Of a DNA stretch of 64,000 nt, positions 51,409 to 62,089 are shown piece by piece (position 1 is the stretch's first letter; each line of letters begins with the position of its first letter). The DNA is from Coleofasciculus sp. B1-GNL1-01 (GTDB taxonomy: Bacteria > Cyanobacteriota > Cyanobacteriia > Cyanobacteriales > Coleofasciculaceae), in the NCBI GenBank assembly GCA_040220235.1, contig JAVJTO010000011.1; one strand, written 5' to 3'. Made by a program: the position numbers and the translations under genes. The notes beneath the pieces are model-generated. The model had not been told where the DNA came from and searched no databases. It was given only the letters and a program-made list of their open reading frames with translations.

Positions 51409-52731
51409 ATGAACCAACTCGTTAATCAAATGCTTCTTGGTACAGTTGCTTTTACAGTCAGCGTGGGTGTGGGATTATTCGTTAACCCCAACAAAGCCTT
51501 GGTTAATGGAGTCGTTACCGTTGTGGCAAGTTATGCTGGCGTTACTGTAGCGGATAGGCGACGCCTTCAATCAGAAAAACAGCGCAAAAATGCTTTACTC
51601 AATCAAATCCAAGAATTTGAGGAAGAAGAAAGCCTATTGTATGCATCACTCATGCAGGGAAAGGAAACACAACATCAACTCGAAGCCAGTATCAAGGCAT
51701 TACAAACGGAACGGAGTCAGCTTCTGAATCGCGTGTCTGAACTGCATAACCAACGAAATAGCCTGTATCAGGAAATCAGTGAAGTTCAACAGCACAAGCA
51801 GGAACATTTAGAGGAAGTGAGTATTCTGCGATCGCAAATTCAGCAGATAGAGAAACACCAAAGCGAACTGAATCAATCCCTCTGGGCAAAAACGGCTCAA
51901 ATCCAGCCAGCGGAAACTCGCTTAAATCACTTACATACTGAACTCGAACAGCTTCAAACTGAAATAGCTGATAAACTGCATCACCACGAACATCTTAGTC
52001 AAGATTTAGCTGCACTTGAACGCCGTAAGCAAGACTTAGGCGGCGAAGCTTACGACTTACATACCCAAATTAAAGCCTTAAAGCAACGTTTAGAGCAACT
52101 GAATCAAGCTTTTTTGTCTTTACGGATACAGCAACAGCGAGTGCAGGAAAATCTCACGCCGCTCAAATCCGAGTTGGAACAAATGCAGCAACAAGTTACT
52201 GAAAAACAGCAACAACAAAAGCAACTGAATCAAGATTTGACGCGATTAGATCAGCTTAAACAGCAGTTAGAATCCGATTATGCCACTCTGCAACAGCAAA
52301 TGCAAACCTTACGAGTACAGAAGTTAACCGCAAGTGAAACAATCTTTCCTATAATTGAACCAAGTTTATCCGCGATTTTACCACAAAAATTGCAGAAATT
52401 GCTGGAATTTTCTCAACAGCTTACTGAGGATGAACGAATGGCATTTCAGGCAATTTTGGCAGAAGACAATGCCGGGTTAAATCAACTTTATCATCAAAAA
52501 GGGATAACGTCACAGGATTTAATTCAATCCCTTAATCAAAAGTCTATTGCCGTCCTCGGATATTCTCTATTTTTCAGCGATAGTACCTCAGTTACTCCTC
52601 AAATTCACAAAGACTATAGTTCAGTATTAAAAGAACCAACATCTATTTATTTTAAAGACTTGATTGGACTTAATTATCGTCAAATTAAATCTGACCTAAT
52701 ATCAACAAGTTTTATTCACCTCACATCTTGA
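51409..52731 (+). CDS. Membrane-anchored coiled-coil protein, possible TerB C-terminal domain
   Basis: Two N-terminal hydrophobic segments; long Q/E/L heptads; C-terminal LIQSLNQKSIAVLG. Confidence 0.6.
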   Translation: MNQLVNQMLLGTVAFTVSVGVGLFVNPNKALVNGVVTVVASYAGVTVADRRRLQSEKQRKNALLNQIQEFEEEESLLYASLMQGKETQHQLEASIKALQTERSQLLNRVSELHNQRNSLYQEISEVQQHKQEHLEEVSILRSQIQQIEKHQSELNQSLWAKTAQIQPAETRLNHLHTELEQLQTEIADKLHHHEHLSQDLAALERRKQDLGGEAYDLHTQIKALKQRLEQLNQAFLSLRIQQQRVQENLTPLKSELEQMQQQVTEKQQQQKQLNQDLTRLDQLKQQLESDYATLQQQMQTLRVQKLTASETIFPIIEPSLSAILPQKLQKLLEFSQQLTEDERMAFQAILAEDNAGLNQLYHQKGITSQDLIQSLNQKSIAVLGYSLFFSDSTSVTPQIHKDYSSVLKEPTSIYFKDLIGLNYRQIKSDLISTSFIHLTS

Positions 52732-52740
52732 ACCAGTAAT

Positions 52741-52994
52741 TATACCAATGTTGCGTTCTATCATGTCTAGGGCGTCAGTCCAGTAACCACAGTTAGTGGT
52801 AACAAGAAGTAAAAAGGCAAAAGTAAAAAGTCAAAAGACCGGAGATTTGGTATCGTATTGTTAGCATTTTGGCACAATTCAAGTAGATGATCCGATTACT
52901 GGACTGGTGTTCTAGTCCGTGCAGGCGGACTTTGCTTGTGTAGCAGCGATTTTAATCGCCGTGGCAAAAGGGGTGATAAAGGTGGATTTGGTAT
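52741..52994. mobile_element. Nested MITE-like elements
   Basis: Outer ATACCAA...TTGGTAT ends; inner element 52771-52911 with CAGTCCAGTAA/TTACTGGACTG repeats, flanked by CTAG on both sides. Confidence 0.6.
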
Positions 52995-53010
52995 GAATAT
53001 TTGATATGAA

Positions 53011-53883
53011 TTAACACTGCTCAATCCAATTGACTAAATCTGCCATATCCGTAAAATCTAATAAAGCCTCACTTAATTCATCTAAAACTGTTGCCGATAA
53101 ACCATTAATTCGTGATTGCATATCTGGAGTAATTTCACCAATTCGGCGAATCAATAAACGGTTAATCATAGCTAACTTTTCCTGCATTCTTCCTTGTTGT
53201 ACTCCTTCCTGTAAACTTTGTTCCACTCGCTCAACTCCCCAAGGTAAAAGAGTTCCTGATTCATCCCACCACCGTAACCAATAGCAGGTTATTTCTGCCT
53301 TAGTGCCGTACCAAACTCCCAAATATAAACCCATTGCGGCAATCCAGTAGCGTCCATTCCCATCAGGTTGTCGCAATTCATAATGTCCAGCTACTAAATC
53401 ATGGACTTCTAATGTCCCATCATTGGGGTTAAAAATAACATAAATTGGGACTTGCAAAATCCGCTCATAAAAATACCATTTTCCATAGGGATAAGTCGAT
53501 TTCGCTGAGTATTCCCCCTGTTCAGTCTCAGAGAGAAACTCCATAACAATGGCTGGAATATCTCCCTCTGTATGAGGGGTATAACTGCGACGAGTGACTT
53601 CTGGCGCGATAGGTAACACATTGGAAACATAAAACCAGTCTGGTGCTTTGACCACTATTTTGCCATCCACAGTGGCGCAGATAGCAAAGTTGGAGGCGAA
53701 TAGCATGGAGGCGGTGATAAAACCAGCGATTTCTAGAATCTCTCGCAGTGCTGATGCGAGTAAGGGATGATCAATATTCTCCACAGGTTCATCAGGTAAG
53801 TGAAAATCATCAGGCAGTTTTTTCCATTCAATCCTGTAGGATACTTTGGGCAGTGTGAGTTGAGATTGAATCATATCACTCAT
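53011..53883 (-). CDS. Uma2-family endonuclease with C-terminal DUF4351-like domain
   Basis: KAPDWFYV, VMEFLS, GKWYFYERIL; tail LDELSEALLDFTDMADLVNW. Confidence 0.85.
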   Translation of the reverse strand: MSDMIQSQLTLPKVSYRIEWKKLPDDFHLPDEPVENIDHPLLASALREILEIAGFITASMLFASNFAICATVDGKIVVKAPDWFYVSNVLPIAPEVTRRSYTPHTEGDIPAIVMEFLSETEQGEYSAKSTYPYGKWYFYERILQVPIYVIFNPNDGTLEVHDLVAGHYELRQPDGNGRYWIAAMGLYLGVWYGTKAEITCYWLRWWDESGTLLPWGVERVEQSLQEGVQQGRMQEKLAMINRLLIRRIGEITPDMQSRINGLSATVLDELSEALLDFTDMADLVNWIEQC

Positions 53884-54116
53884 TGTGAATAATACTGGCA
53901 GAAATCAAAGCTTTGGCGCAGTGATACTGATTTGGGATAAGGAGGGGTTTTGTTGAAATGTAATCGGTGATACCCACGCAGAAAGTGGCTAAACCCATCT
54001 TGATAAACCGCACCTTTTATTACGATACGTCAGTCTTAACCGGAAACTGAGTCGTTCTTGTCATATTTCGTTACTAAACGGTAGACTGGAGTGCAACAGC
54101 TATCACCCCATCGATT

Positions 54117-54797
54117 ATGCTTCAGGCATTATTATTTGATTTAGACGGCACCTTAGCGGATACTGACCCTATCCATTTTCAGACGTGGCAAGATATCTTG
54201 CGCGAGTATGGCTTAGAGTTTGATCACGCCTTCTACCAAACTCATTTTAGCGGTCGTCTCAATGCGGCGATTGTCAAGGATTTATTACCCCATCTGTCTC
54301 TAGAAGCAGGAAAAGAGTTAGGGGATTATAAAGAAGCAGAATATCGGAAACGTGCTGCCCAACAATTGAAACCGTTAGGCGGATTGGTAGAGGTGTTAGA
54401 TTGGGCAAATCAAAAGCAACTGAAGCAGGCGGTGGTGACAAATGCACCGAAAGATAATGCCCAATTCATGTTGCAAGTTCTCGGTTTAGACAAGCACTTT
54501 ACCACCGTTGTTTTAGCGGAGGAACTGAAAAAGGGTAAACCTGATCCCATGCCTTATCAGGTGGGGTTAGAATTATTGGGTGTATCCCCGGTTTCAGCCG
54601 TGGCGTTTGAAGACTCCTTAACTGGCGTTCGTTCCGCCGTCGGTGCGGGACTTTTAACAATTGGTGTGGCGACGACTCATGAACCACAGGCGTTAATGGC
54701 GGCGGGGGCGGAGTTGGTGGTTAATGATTTGACTGACCCCAAGCTGGAAGATTTATTGCATTGTTTTGGGCGGGAAATGAACACTATCGCATTGTGA
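54117..54797 (+). CDS. HAD-superfamily phosphatase
   Basis: FDLDGTL, VTNA, GKPDP, FEDS. Confidence 0.9.
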   Translation: MLQALLFDLDGTLADTDPIHFQTWQDILREYGLEFDHAFYQTHFSGRLNAAIVKDLLPHLSLEAGKELGDYKEAEYRKRAAQQLKPLGGLVEVLDWANQKQLKQAVVTNAPKDNAQFMLQVLGLDKHFTTVVLAEELKKGKPDPMPYQVGLELLGVSPVSAVAFEDSLTGVRSAVGAGLLTIGVATTHEPQALMAAGAELVVNDLTDPKLEDLLHCFGREMNTIAL

Positions 54798-54836
54798 CAG
54801 AGGAGATAGTGATTGTCTGATAGCTTGAGTTAACTT

Positions 54837-55166
54837 ATGATACGTCAAACACAAGGAGCAGGCTTCAAACTTGCCGCTACTGCCATTATCTGGGGATTTG
54901 CTACGGGAATGTTAGGGATTTGCATTCCATTAGTTTCGATGACTGACAGTGGTGTTATTTTACCCTTAGCAGTGATTATCGGAGCCAGTTTCACTACTAC
55001 CGTAGTTTGGTTATCGTTCAATCGAGTATCTAGAAACACACTGGAGTTGAGCAACACTATTGAGTCGTTAAAGGAACAGGAAGCGACTTTAGAAACTATT
55101 GATAACAAGGAAAAGTTTGATGACCAGACTAGGATAAAGCTACTGGAACCGAGAGACAATAAGTAG
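54837..55166 (+). CDS. Small two-helix membrane protein
   Basis: Two hydrophobic helices followed by a charged tail. Confidence 0.65.
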   Translation: MIRQTQGAGFKLAATAIIWGFATGMLGICIPLVSMTDSGVILPLAVIIGASFTTTVVWLSFNRVSRNTLELSNTIESLKEQEATLETIDNKEKFDDQTRIKLLEPRDNK

Positions 55167-55229
55167 GTGGGGATGGTCATTTGTCATTTGTAAGGGTTTG
55201 AGACTTGTTCACAGGTACTGACATTTTAG

Positions 55230-55384
55230 CTGGTGGGCAATGCCCACCCTACAGTATAGAATTTCGGCGATACCAAAATGCTTATTTGGCTGAAATTTTA
55301 GCGGGTGAGCAATGCCCACTCTACGGTATAGTAAGGATTTCGGCAACACCAAAATCTTTCTGGGCGCAAGCCTTGCGCCCCTAC
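55230..55384. repeat. REP-like palindromes
   Basis: GGTGGGCAATGCCCACCCTAC (also at ~32843), a degenerate second copy, and GGGCGCAAGCCTTGCGCCCCTAC. Confidence 0.7.
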
Positions 55385-55458
55385 ATTTCTTGTCGCTTGT
55401 ATCGTAGATCACTTGACATAAATTCTACTCTATTAGAGTTGGTACGATAAGCGGCATA

Positions 55459-56796
55459 ATGATTACTCAGGGGAGTGTCTCTATGCCAGAATCAAACGCG
55501 CCACCCTCGCTGAAACGAGAATTGGATCTCCGAGGTGCTATCCTAGTCGGACTCGGTTCGATGGTGGGAACCGGGGTATTTGTCAGTATTGGTATCGCCG
55601 CCGGAGTCGCTGGAACATCGGTAATTTTAGCTGTTGCGATCGCAGCCTTACTCGCCGCCTGTAATGGGTTAAGTAGCGCCCAACTTGCGGCGAATCATTC
55701 TGTTAGTGGGGGAACTTATGAATATGGGTATCGCTATCTTACCCCTTGGCTGGGCTTTACGGCGGGTTGGATGTTCCTGTTGGCGAAAACAGCATCAGCA
55801 GCGACGGCGGCTTTGGGGTTTGCGGGTTATTTGTTAAATGCGTTGCGTCTGGATGCGAATCAATGGTTAGTCCCCCTGGCGCTGGTGACAGTAGTTATCT
55901 TGACGCTAATTGTCTTAGGGGGAATTCGCCGTTCTAACCTAACTAACCTAATTATCGTCTCCATTACCCTACTCTCGCTGATGATCTTTATCATCACGGG
56001 TTTACCTCATGTCACCCCTGGGAATTTTATTCCCTTTTTCCCAGACGACACCTCAGATAAACGTGCGATCGCCTCTTTACTCCATGGCAGTGCTTTAATG
56101 TTTGTGGCGTATACTGGCTATGGTCGAATTGCCACATTGGGAGAAGAGGTGCATCAACCGCGACGTACTATCCCGATCGCGATTATCTTGACGATGATTG
56201 TTACCATGATCCTGTATATGGCAATCGCCGCCGTGGGTGTGGGTTCTGTCGGTGTGGATACCCTTAGCGCCGCTACCCAATCAAAAGCCGCCCCCTTGGA
56301 AGTCGCTTCTCGCCAATTTGGGATTCCTATTGTTCCCCCACTCCTCGCCCTCGGTGCAATGACGGCGATGGTAGGCGTATTGCTAAACCTGATATTGGGA
56401 TTATCTCGCGTACTATTGGCTATGGGGCGTCGTCGGGATATGCCAAGGATCGTAGCGCGTCTGAATGCGGCGGGAACCACACCCTATATATCAGTGATTT
56501 GTATTGGAGTTGCGATCGCGGCGTTGGTTCTGATTGGTAATGTAAAAATAACCTGGTCATTTAGCGCGTTTACCGTTTTGGTTTATTATGCCCTTACCAA
56601 CCTGTCTGCCCTACGCCTATCTGCCCAAGAACGACTGTATCCCAAATGGATAGCTGGGGTAGGATTAGCCGGGTGTCTTGTCTTAGCCTTTTGGGTGGAA
56701 CAACAAATTTGGTTGGTTGGTCTGGGATTAATTGTAGCCGGATTAGTCTGGAAAACGATAGTATTGCCCTTGGCTTTAGGGGTACACAATCACTAA
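55459..56796 (+). CDS. APC-family amino acid permease
   Basis: GSMVGTGVF, SGGTYEY, FVAYTGYGRIATLGEE; about 12 transmembrane segments. Confidence 0.9.
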   Translation: MITQGSVSMPESNAPPSLKRELDLRGAILVGLGSMVGTGVFVSIGIAAGVAGTSVILAVAIAALLAACNGLSSAQLAANHSVSGGTYEYGYRYLTPWLGFTAGWMFLLAKTASAATAALGFAGYLLNALRLDANQWLVPLALVTVVILTLIVLGGIRRSNLTNLIIVSITLLSLMIFIITGLPHVTPGNFIPFFPDDTSDKRAIASLLHGSALMFVAYTGYGRIATLGEEVHQPRRTIPIAIILTMIVTMILYMAIAAVGVGSVGVDTLSAATQSKAAPLEVASRQFGIPIVPPLLALGAMTAMVGVLLNLILGLSRVLLAMGRRRDMPRIVARLNAAGTTPYISVICIGVAIAALVLIGNVKITWSFSAFTVLVYYALTNLSALRLSAQERLYPKWIAGVGLAGCLVLAFWVEQQIWLVGLGLIVAGLVWKTIVLPLALGVHNH

Positions 56797-56808
56797 CTTA
56801 ATGCAGCG

Positions 56809-59190
56809 ATGATCGGTGATAAGGTGTCAGTAGGTGAAAGGGGGAAACGATTGTCCGGAGTCACAAAGAGACGCCGAAGACGAGTCCGGAAAAAATCATC
56901 AGCCAACGGCTGTCTGGTAGCATTAGGTACGATCGCCGCATTAATCGCCACGGGTGCGATCGTTACTGGGGGGATATGGCTAGGGATTCGCCTCATGATT
57001 GATCCGAATGCGGCGATCTGGCTGAATCGCATTTTACCCGGATGGACAAAGATTCCCATCGCTGATGCTTCACCCCCACAAACCCTGGCAACTATACGCG
57101 ACGAATTGCGCCAAAATGGGTTAATCGCGGGAGAACTTGTATCCCTCAATACAGGACAACCCTATCGAGAAACTCCTATTCTATTACCCATCTTAAAATC
57201 TAAGCCGAACTGTCAAACCAATTGCCAAAAAATTGTCGAACTAAGACTCTATCAACCCATCGAATTTCAGCAAGCTGAACTTGCTTACCAATTGGTCACT
57301 CAGCTTGCTATTAACGAACCGGAAGAATATTTTGTCCTCTCCTCCACCGACGCCATTACTGGAAGTGCCTCTCGTTCCCTCGCCTTTACTCGATTTAACC
57401 GTTTAGAAAATCAAGCCCCCGCCACAGGATTTTGGTTTAACCTCTGGGGAGTTCGTCTCACCAATGAATCCCCGAAAAGTTATGGACAAATCCTCCATTA
57501 CAACCCCGAACAAATGCACCTGAGTGTTATGCTGGACTGGCAAAGTCCCACAGATAAACCCCCTTATTGGCAACAAGTCACCGGGGAATCCACCCCAGAA
57601 TTAGTGCTTGATCAAACAGTGGGATTAGAACCCAAATTCCAGGTATACCAGGTTCAACCCCGCCAGTTTCTCCTCAATCCAATTCAATTAACCGAAATTT
57701 CACTAAATACACGGGCTGATGATAGTCCCACCTATCGTAATTCCTTAATGTTAGCCCGGAATGGGTTATGGTCTTGGGCATATCGACGATTACAAAAAGA
57801 ACAGAAAAACACGGAGTCGGCGACAGTCCAAGCACAACTAGACGTGATTCGACTTCATGCCCAATTTACCGAAGCCCAAGCCAACCAAACCTGGGCAAGT
57901 CAAGGACAACAAGTTCTCGCCTATCTTATTGATGGACGCTGGACAGATGCTTTACAAGTATTTCAAACCGCCGCCGTTAATGGTTCCGCCCAAGAGATTG
58001 CCAATTTACTCAAAACCGATACCGAGGAATTATGGCGACGGGTAGAAGCTGCCCTCAATATTAGTCCCAACGATCGCACCGTAAAAACCTGGGGGGCTTT
58101 AATTCTCGCCGCCCAAGAAGGGCGGGCGGAAGCCATTTCGTGGTTGCAGCAACTTCCCCCCCCTGAATCAGAATCCGATCAGCCTCAATCTAACAATAAT
58201 GCCCAAATTTATGCCTACCTGGATTATCTGGATACCGCGTTAGCAGAGGTTCCAGCCATAACCCCTCATTTAAGTCAAATTGTCGGTACTGCACAATCAG
58301 TAGAAACGGTCAAGCCGGAAAATTGGCGACAACCGGAAGCCGGAAATACAGCAACATTTCCCGTCGCTTTAACCGCCCCAGCTTCAGGATTCCAAAAAGC
58401 CCCCCAAGAGGTTTGGTATCAGGTAGAAGTCGCGGCGTTTAATGATGGTCAACGTTGGCGTCAAACACCCTTTACCGATTTACAATTGTCCACAGTTGTT
58501 GCAACTCAGCGTCTTTGGCAATATCTGGGTTTAGACACTGATCCATACCTGCAAATCGCCGTCTGGTCAGCGGAGGGACGCCAGGAGACGATCGTCGCGA
58601 CGGTTCAAGGGGTGTCCTATCAAGAGGGTGTAATCAAGCTTTTAGCCACCGGACAAGCCTTACCCAATAGAGAAAATAGTCGTCCCATGGCATATTCTCA
58701 AACGGCGCTGCGCTGGCTAGAACCGGGTTCAATTAGCTTATCCGATTTAAACCAACTGCAACCGCAATGGGTCGCGGCAATATTACCAACACTGTGGCAG
58801 GAATTGGTTAAAAGTGGCAAGCGATCGCCTGAAGTCGAACCCACGATTCCGATGATGCTGCAAGAGATTGGACATTGGTTAGTCCAGCCTCTGGATTTAA
58901 CCGGGAACGATGAACCGGAAGCCGTTTTAACCCTGTATGAGGATCTATCGAGTACCAATCAAACCCTGAATATCAAACGCCCAGACACGAACACGCAGGA
59001 GTATAAACCCCGGACATTAATATTTTCGGAGAAGGGGGCGTTACTCTACAGTGAATTCTCCACCCATGGGAATACATCACTGACTGCGATCGCGGATTTG
59101 GGGGATGGGGGAACGGCGGCGTTAGTCCTGGCGGGTGAGAATCAGTATAGACTTAAACGTTGGTCAGATCAGCGTAAACGTTTTGAGTGA
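56809..59190 (+). CDS. Hypothetical membrane-anchored protein
   Basis: 793-aa ORF; basic N-terminus, one transmembrane helix; DLTGND/DLGDGG motifs near the C-terminus. Confidence 0.7.
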   Translation: MIGDKVSVGERGKRLSGVTKRRRRRVRKKSSANGCLVALGTIAALIATGAIVTGGIWLGIRLMIDPNAAIWLNRILPGWTKIPIADASPPQTLATIRDELRQNGLIAGELVSLNTGQPYRETPILLPILKSKPNCQTNCQKIVELRLYQPIEFQQAELAYQLVTQLAINEPEEYFVLSSTDAITGSASRSLAFTRFNRLENQAPATGFWFNLWGVRLTNESPKSYGQILHYNPEQMHLSVMLDWQSPTDKPPYWQQVTGESTPELVLDQTVGLEPKFQVYQVQPRQFLLNPIQLTEISLNTRADDSPTYRNSLMLARNGLWSWAYRRLQKEQKNTESATVQAQLDVIRLHAQFTEAQANQTWASQGQQVLAYLIDGRWTDALQVFQTAAVNGSAQEIANLLKTDTEELWRRVEAALNISPNDRTVKTWGALILAAQEGRAEAISWLQQLPPPESESDQPQSNNNAQIYAYLDYLDTALAEVPAITPHLSQIVGTAQSVETVKPENWRQPEAGNTATFPVALTAPASGFQKAPQEVWYQVEVAAFNDGQRWRQTPFTDLQLSTVVATQRLWQYLGLDTDPYLQIAVWSAEGRQETIVATVQGVSYQEGVIKLLATGQALPNRENSRPMAYSQTALRWLEPGSISLSDLNQLQPQWVAAILPTLWQELVKSGKRSPEVEPTIPMMLQEIGHWLVQPLDLTGNDEPEAVLTLYEDLSSTNQTLNIKRPDTNTQEYKPRTLIFSEKGALLYSEFSTHGNTSLTAIADLGDGGTAALVLAGENQYRLKRWSDQRKRFE

Positions 59191-59596
59191 AGGAAGATTG
59201 ATTATCTTTAGGACTTACACAAAGGCTCTATCTGTAGGGTGTGTTAGCGTAGCGTAACGCATCTTAACCTATTTGGCACAATAAAACATAACTAATATTA
59301 TTACCTCTCTATGACGACCACCGTACAAAACGCCAATCGCCAATCATCAGAGAAAAGAAAACAGTACTGTATTAACTTTTGTAAACCGTCCTCAAACCTT
59401 TACTGTTCCCTGTTCCCTGCTCTCAACCGTTAACTTTAATTGTGTCCACCTACTTATGCACCGTACTTACTATTGCACGACCTGAATATCAAGACTTTCC
59501 CATACAGAACCATCTTCAGACTAAGAGTATAGATGAGTTCGTTTTTAGACATAAGCATTGCTTAAGGTTGTAAATTCGGGTTTCTTACCTCCGTTA

Positions 59597-59720
59597 AGCT
59601 GTCATGCATTTAAATTGGGTATTAGTAGCGAGCAAGAGGCAAAGCCTGCGGCATGGCTTCGCTTAACGCACTACAAGGCTTTCGCCATTATTGATATTAA
59701 GGTTTAAATGCCGAACAGCT
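59597..59720. mobile_element. MITE copy 3 (124 bp, internal expansion)
   Basis: Same ends and TA flanks as copies 1 and 2; net +25 bp inside the GCGAGC hairpin. Confidence 0.85.
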
Positions 59721-59728
59721 TATGATTC

Positions 59729-59775
59729 AGTCCGCGTAGGCGGACTTTGTTTGTGTAGCAGCGATTTTAATCGCC
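59729..59775. repeat. AGTCCGCGTAGGCGGACTTTG...GCGATTTTAATCGCC double-hairpin repeat
   Basis: Near-identical copy at ~52914-52960. Confidence 0.75.
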
Positions 59776-59976
59776 ATGGCAAAAAGTTCGCTACAATCGC
59801 CAGATTTAGCCAAGGGAGTAGTCAACCAATACAAAGACTATGGATGTAGCAAAACCCGTCCTTTCTTACCTCCCCCATTATAGGTAGAGTCGTATATACA
59901 GCTACAGAAAGATGATTTTTAAGAATCCCTTTGATTTGCTAGTAGACGTGACCAAAATAATTCACGGAAAATAATC

Positions 59977-60222
59977 ATGCCTTATCAAAACATCGAAGAA
60001 TTACCAAACGACGTAAAAGAACAACTTCCTCAAGGCGCCCAACAGATTTTCTGTGCTGCCTATAATAGCGCATCTCGCGATGGACTCAATGATAACCAAG
60101 CCCATCAAGTTGCGTGGAATTCGGTTAAAAACAGCTACCAACAGGGTGAACATGGTCAATGGCAGCACAAAGCCGAAGGTGGTGCTGGTAGTACCTTTAC
60201 AGGTACGATGCCTGGTGCCTAA
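59977..60222 (+). CDS. chaB: ChaB family protein
   Basis: MPYQNIEELP...LPQGAQQIF...AHQVAWNSVK. Confidence 0.85.
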   Translation: MPYQNIEELPNDVKEQLPQGAQQIFCAAYNSASRDGLNDNQAHQVAWNSVKNSYQQGEHGQWQHKAEGGAGSTFTGTMPGA

Positions 60223-60401
60223 TTACCTATAATTCCTACTTATAGGATATAGGAGCGAATAGGATATAGGAGCGAAGCATTTGGACAATAGCTGAGGAGC
60301 AAAAACTCAGAGTCTATGCCAATGTTTCGTTCTTCTCCGTAAGGAGTTTTGGGTTGGGTTGCAGCAACGAAACCCAACCTATCTTTTACTGAACCGATGC
60401 T

Positions 60402-61205
60402 CTAATCAGCACTGGCTACCAAGCCATTTCCACTACCCACATATTTAATCACTTCAACGCCATTTTGTTCCAAAATCACTAACGGTTCCTGATTGTCACC
60501 TAATTCAATACGCTTCACCTTTACTGCGCCATTCAACAAAGAATCCCCCGCCCGCACATAGCGACTGGTTGTGTTCGCTGACGCCTTGACAATTGCATTC
60601 CATTGTCCCTCAAGTTGCATCACACCACTCACTTTTACCGCATCAGCCAGTTCAGTAGAAGGGGGAGGCGTTTCCTCAATAACGGTTATCTCGCTAGGCG
60701 CTGGAGACGTTTGAGGCTTGGGTGCTTGAGTTTTAGGGGCTGGGGTTTCAGGTGATTTTTCTTTGGCGGTGGGAGTGGCAGAGGATTGAGTCGGGGAGGG
60801 TTGGTTTTTAGGTTCTGAAGTTGGAGAAGGTTGAGTTTTGGCTGGAGTTTCAGACGCTTTAGGCTGGGAGGGCTGCGTTTTGGCGGGTTGAGGCTGAGTC
60901 GGTGGAGTTGTGCTTTTCGGAGTCGATTGTTGATTCGGTGCAACCTTAACCGTACTAAACGGATCTTGACGCGCTTTAGCAACAGGTATCTCAATCAATC
61001 GACTCGACGGAATCAGTCCGGCTGGCGGTGGAGGAACTACAGTTTTGCTAGGATTGTTGCCGATTGCAGCTTCAGGTTGTGTCGGGGCTGTTGCTACAGA
61101 CGGTTCAGGTTGTGGGGTTTGACTGACTTGGTTATTTTGACGGGTGCAGCTACTGACGAGCAGAGCAACTGCACCTAAACCAACGATCCACCGCAGCTTA
61201 TTCAT
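60402..61205 (-). CDS. Pro/Thr-rich lipoprotein, possibly pilus-associated
   Basis: Lipobox LVSSC; RQDPF motif; low-complexity linker; C-terminal beta domain ending LEQNGVEV. Confidence 0.6.
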   Translation of the reverse strand: MNKLRWIVGLGAVALLVSSCTRQNNQVSQTPQPEPSVATAPTQPEAAIGNNPSKTVVPPPPAGLIPSSRLIEIPVAKARQDPFSTVKVAPNQQSTPKSTTPPTQPQPAKTQPSQPKASETPAKTQPSPTSEPKNQPSPTQSSATPTAKEKSPETPAPKTQAPKPQTSPAPSEITVIEETPPPSTELADAVKVSGVMQLEGQWNAIVKASANTTSRYVRAGDSLLNGAVKVKRIELGDNQEPLVILEQNGVEVIKYVGSGNGLVASAD

Positions 61206-61317
61206 GGCGATTACCTGAGTTCTCTTTCTTTAGAATAGCCTTTCTTGAGATGGAAATCTCTTACTTTCAGCTTAAGCGATCGCACTCAGCTTAGGGTATT
61301 ATTTGGCGATATCTCGG

Positions 61318-61599
61318 CTATAAACCAACCAAATCAGCATCAACGCCTCTATTGTCAAATCCTGTCAGATAGCATACATCAGCCGTTTCAGAATAGCTGG
61401 AGTTGGAGAACTCTTGAGGTGTGGCTTTGTTCTCAACGTCAGTTTTCTGGTGACTGGGTAAACCACTTTGTAATTCCAGAGCGATCGCGATCCACTCGGA
61501 TAGAGAAACACCCACGCTGTCAGCTTGTCGCTTCAAGGCTGCATATACTTCATCACTCAGTTCTAGCTTGACAACTTGGCTCACGGCTATGTCCCTCAA
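61318..61599 (-). CDS. Small RHH/antitoxin-like protein, possibly degenerate
   Basis: LELSDEVYAALKRQAD...SLSEWI pattern; no adjacent toxin. Confidence 0.45.
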   Translation of the reverse strand: MRDIAVSQVVKLELSDEVYAALKRQADSVGVSLSEWIAIALELQSGLPSHQKTDVENKATPQEFSNSSYSETADVCYLTGFDNRGVDADLVGL

Positions 61600-61754
61600 C
61601 GATTGCTATGTAACCCTAGAGTAACATTTCCAAAAACTTCATGACTTGGATTGATACCCTGCTTTTGCTATCTGAAATTTTTCCTAGACGGCGTTTAAAT
61701 TTAGTGGTGGTTGCAGGGTGGTAATTTGGGTAACTTGCTCTGTTGGGTTTCCTA

Positions 61755-61897
61755 CTGGTGTGACACAGCTAAAATTGTGGATTAGATTTGACGTTTAACC
61801 CTGAGCGAAGTCGAAGGGTTAAACCGGGCGCAAGTCTTTGCGCCCCTACAGTTTCCGGGCTAATAGTTAATTCATCAAATAAGGTGTGCCACGCCAG
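61755..61897. mobile_element. MITE-like element with TA flanks carrying REP hairpins
   Basis: TACTGGTGTGACAC and GTGCCACGCCAGTA are inverted with 12/14 matches. Confidence 0.65.
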
Positions 61898-62089
61898 TAC
61901 AGCAATGGTACAGCCGTGCGCGATCGCCCTAAATAAATTATTGCTGAACTTATTTCAACGTCTTGATTGACTTTACACAGAAATATAAAGTCTAAACAGT
62001 TTACTGGATAAAAATAATTAGTCGGTTTTAACCGACTTGAGCTATAAGCCAAGAACTTGAGTTCTTGGCGGCTGGTAACATGGGCTTAC

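Noticed and set aside
59453..59560. Possible ~34-aa minus-strand ORF next to MITE copy 3
   Set aside because: No recognisable motif; cannot be supported
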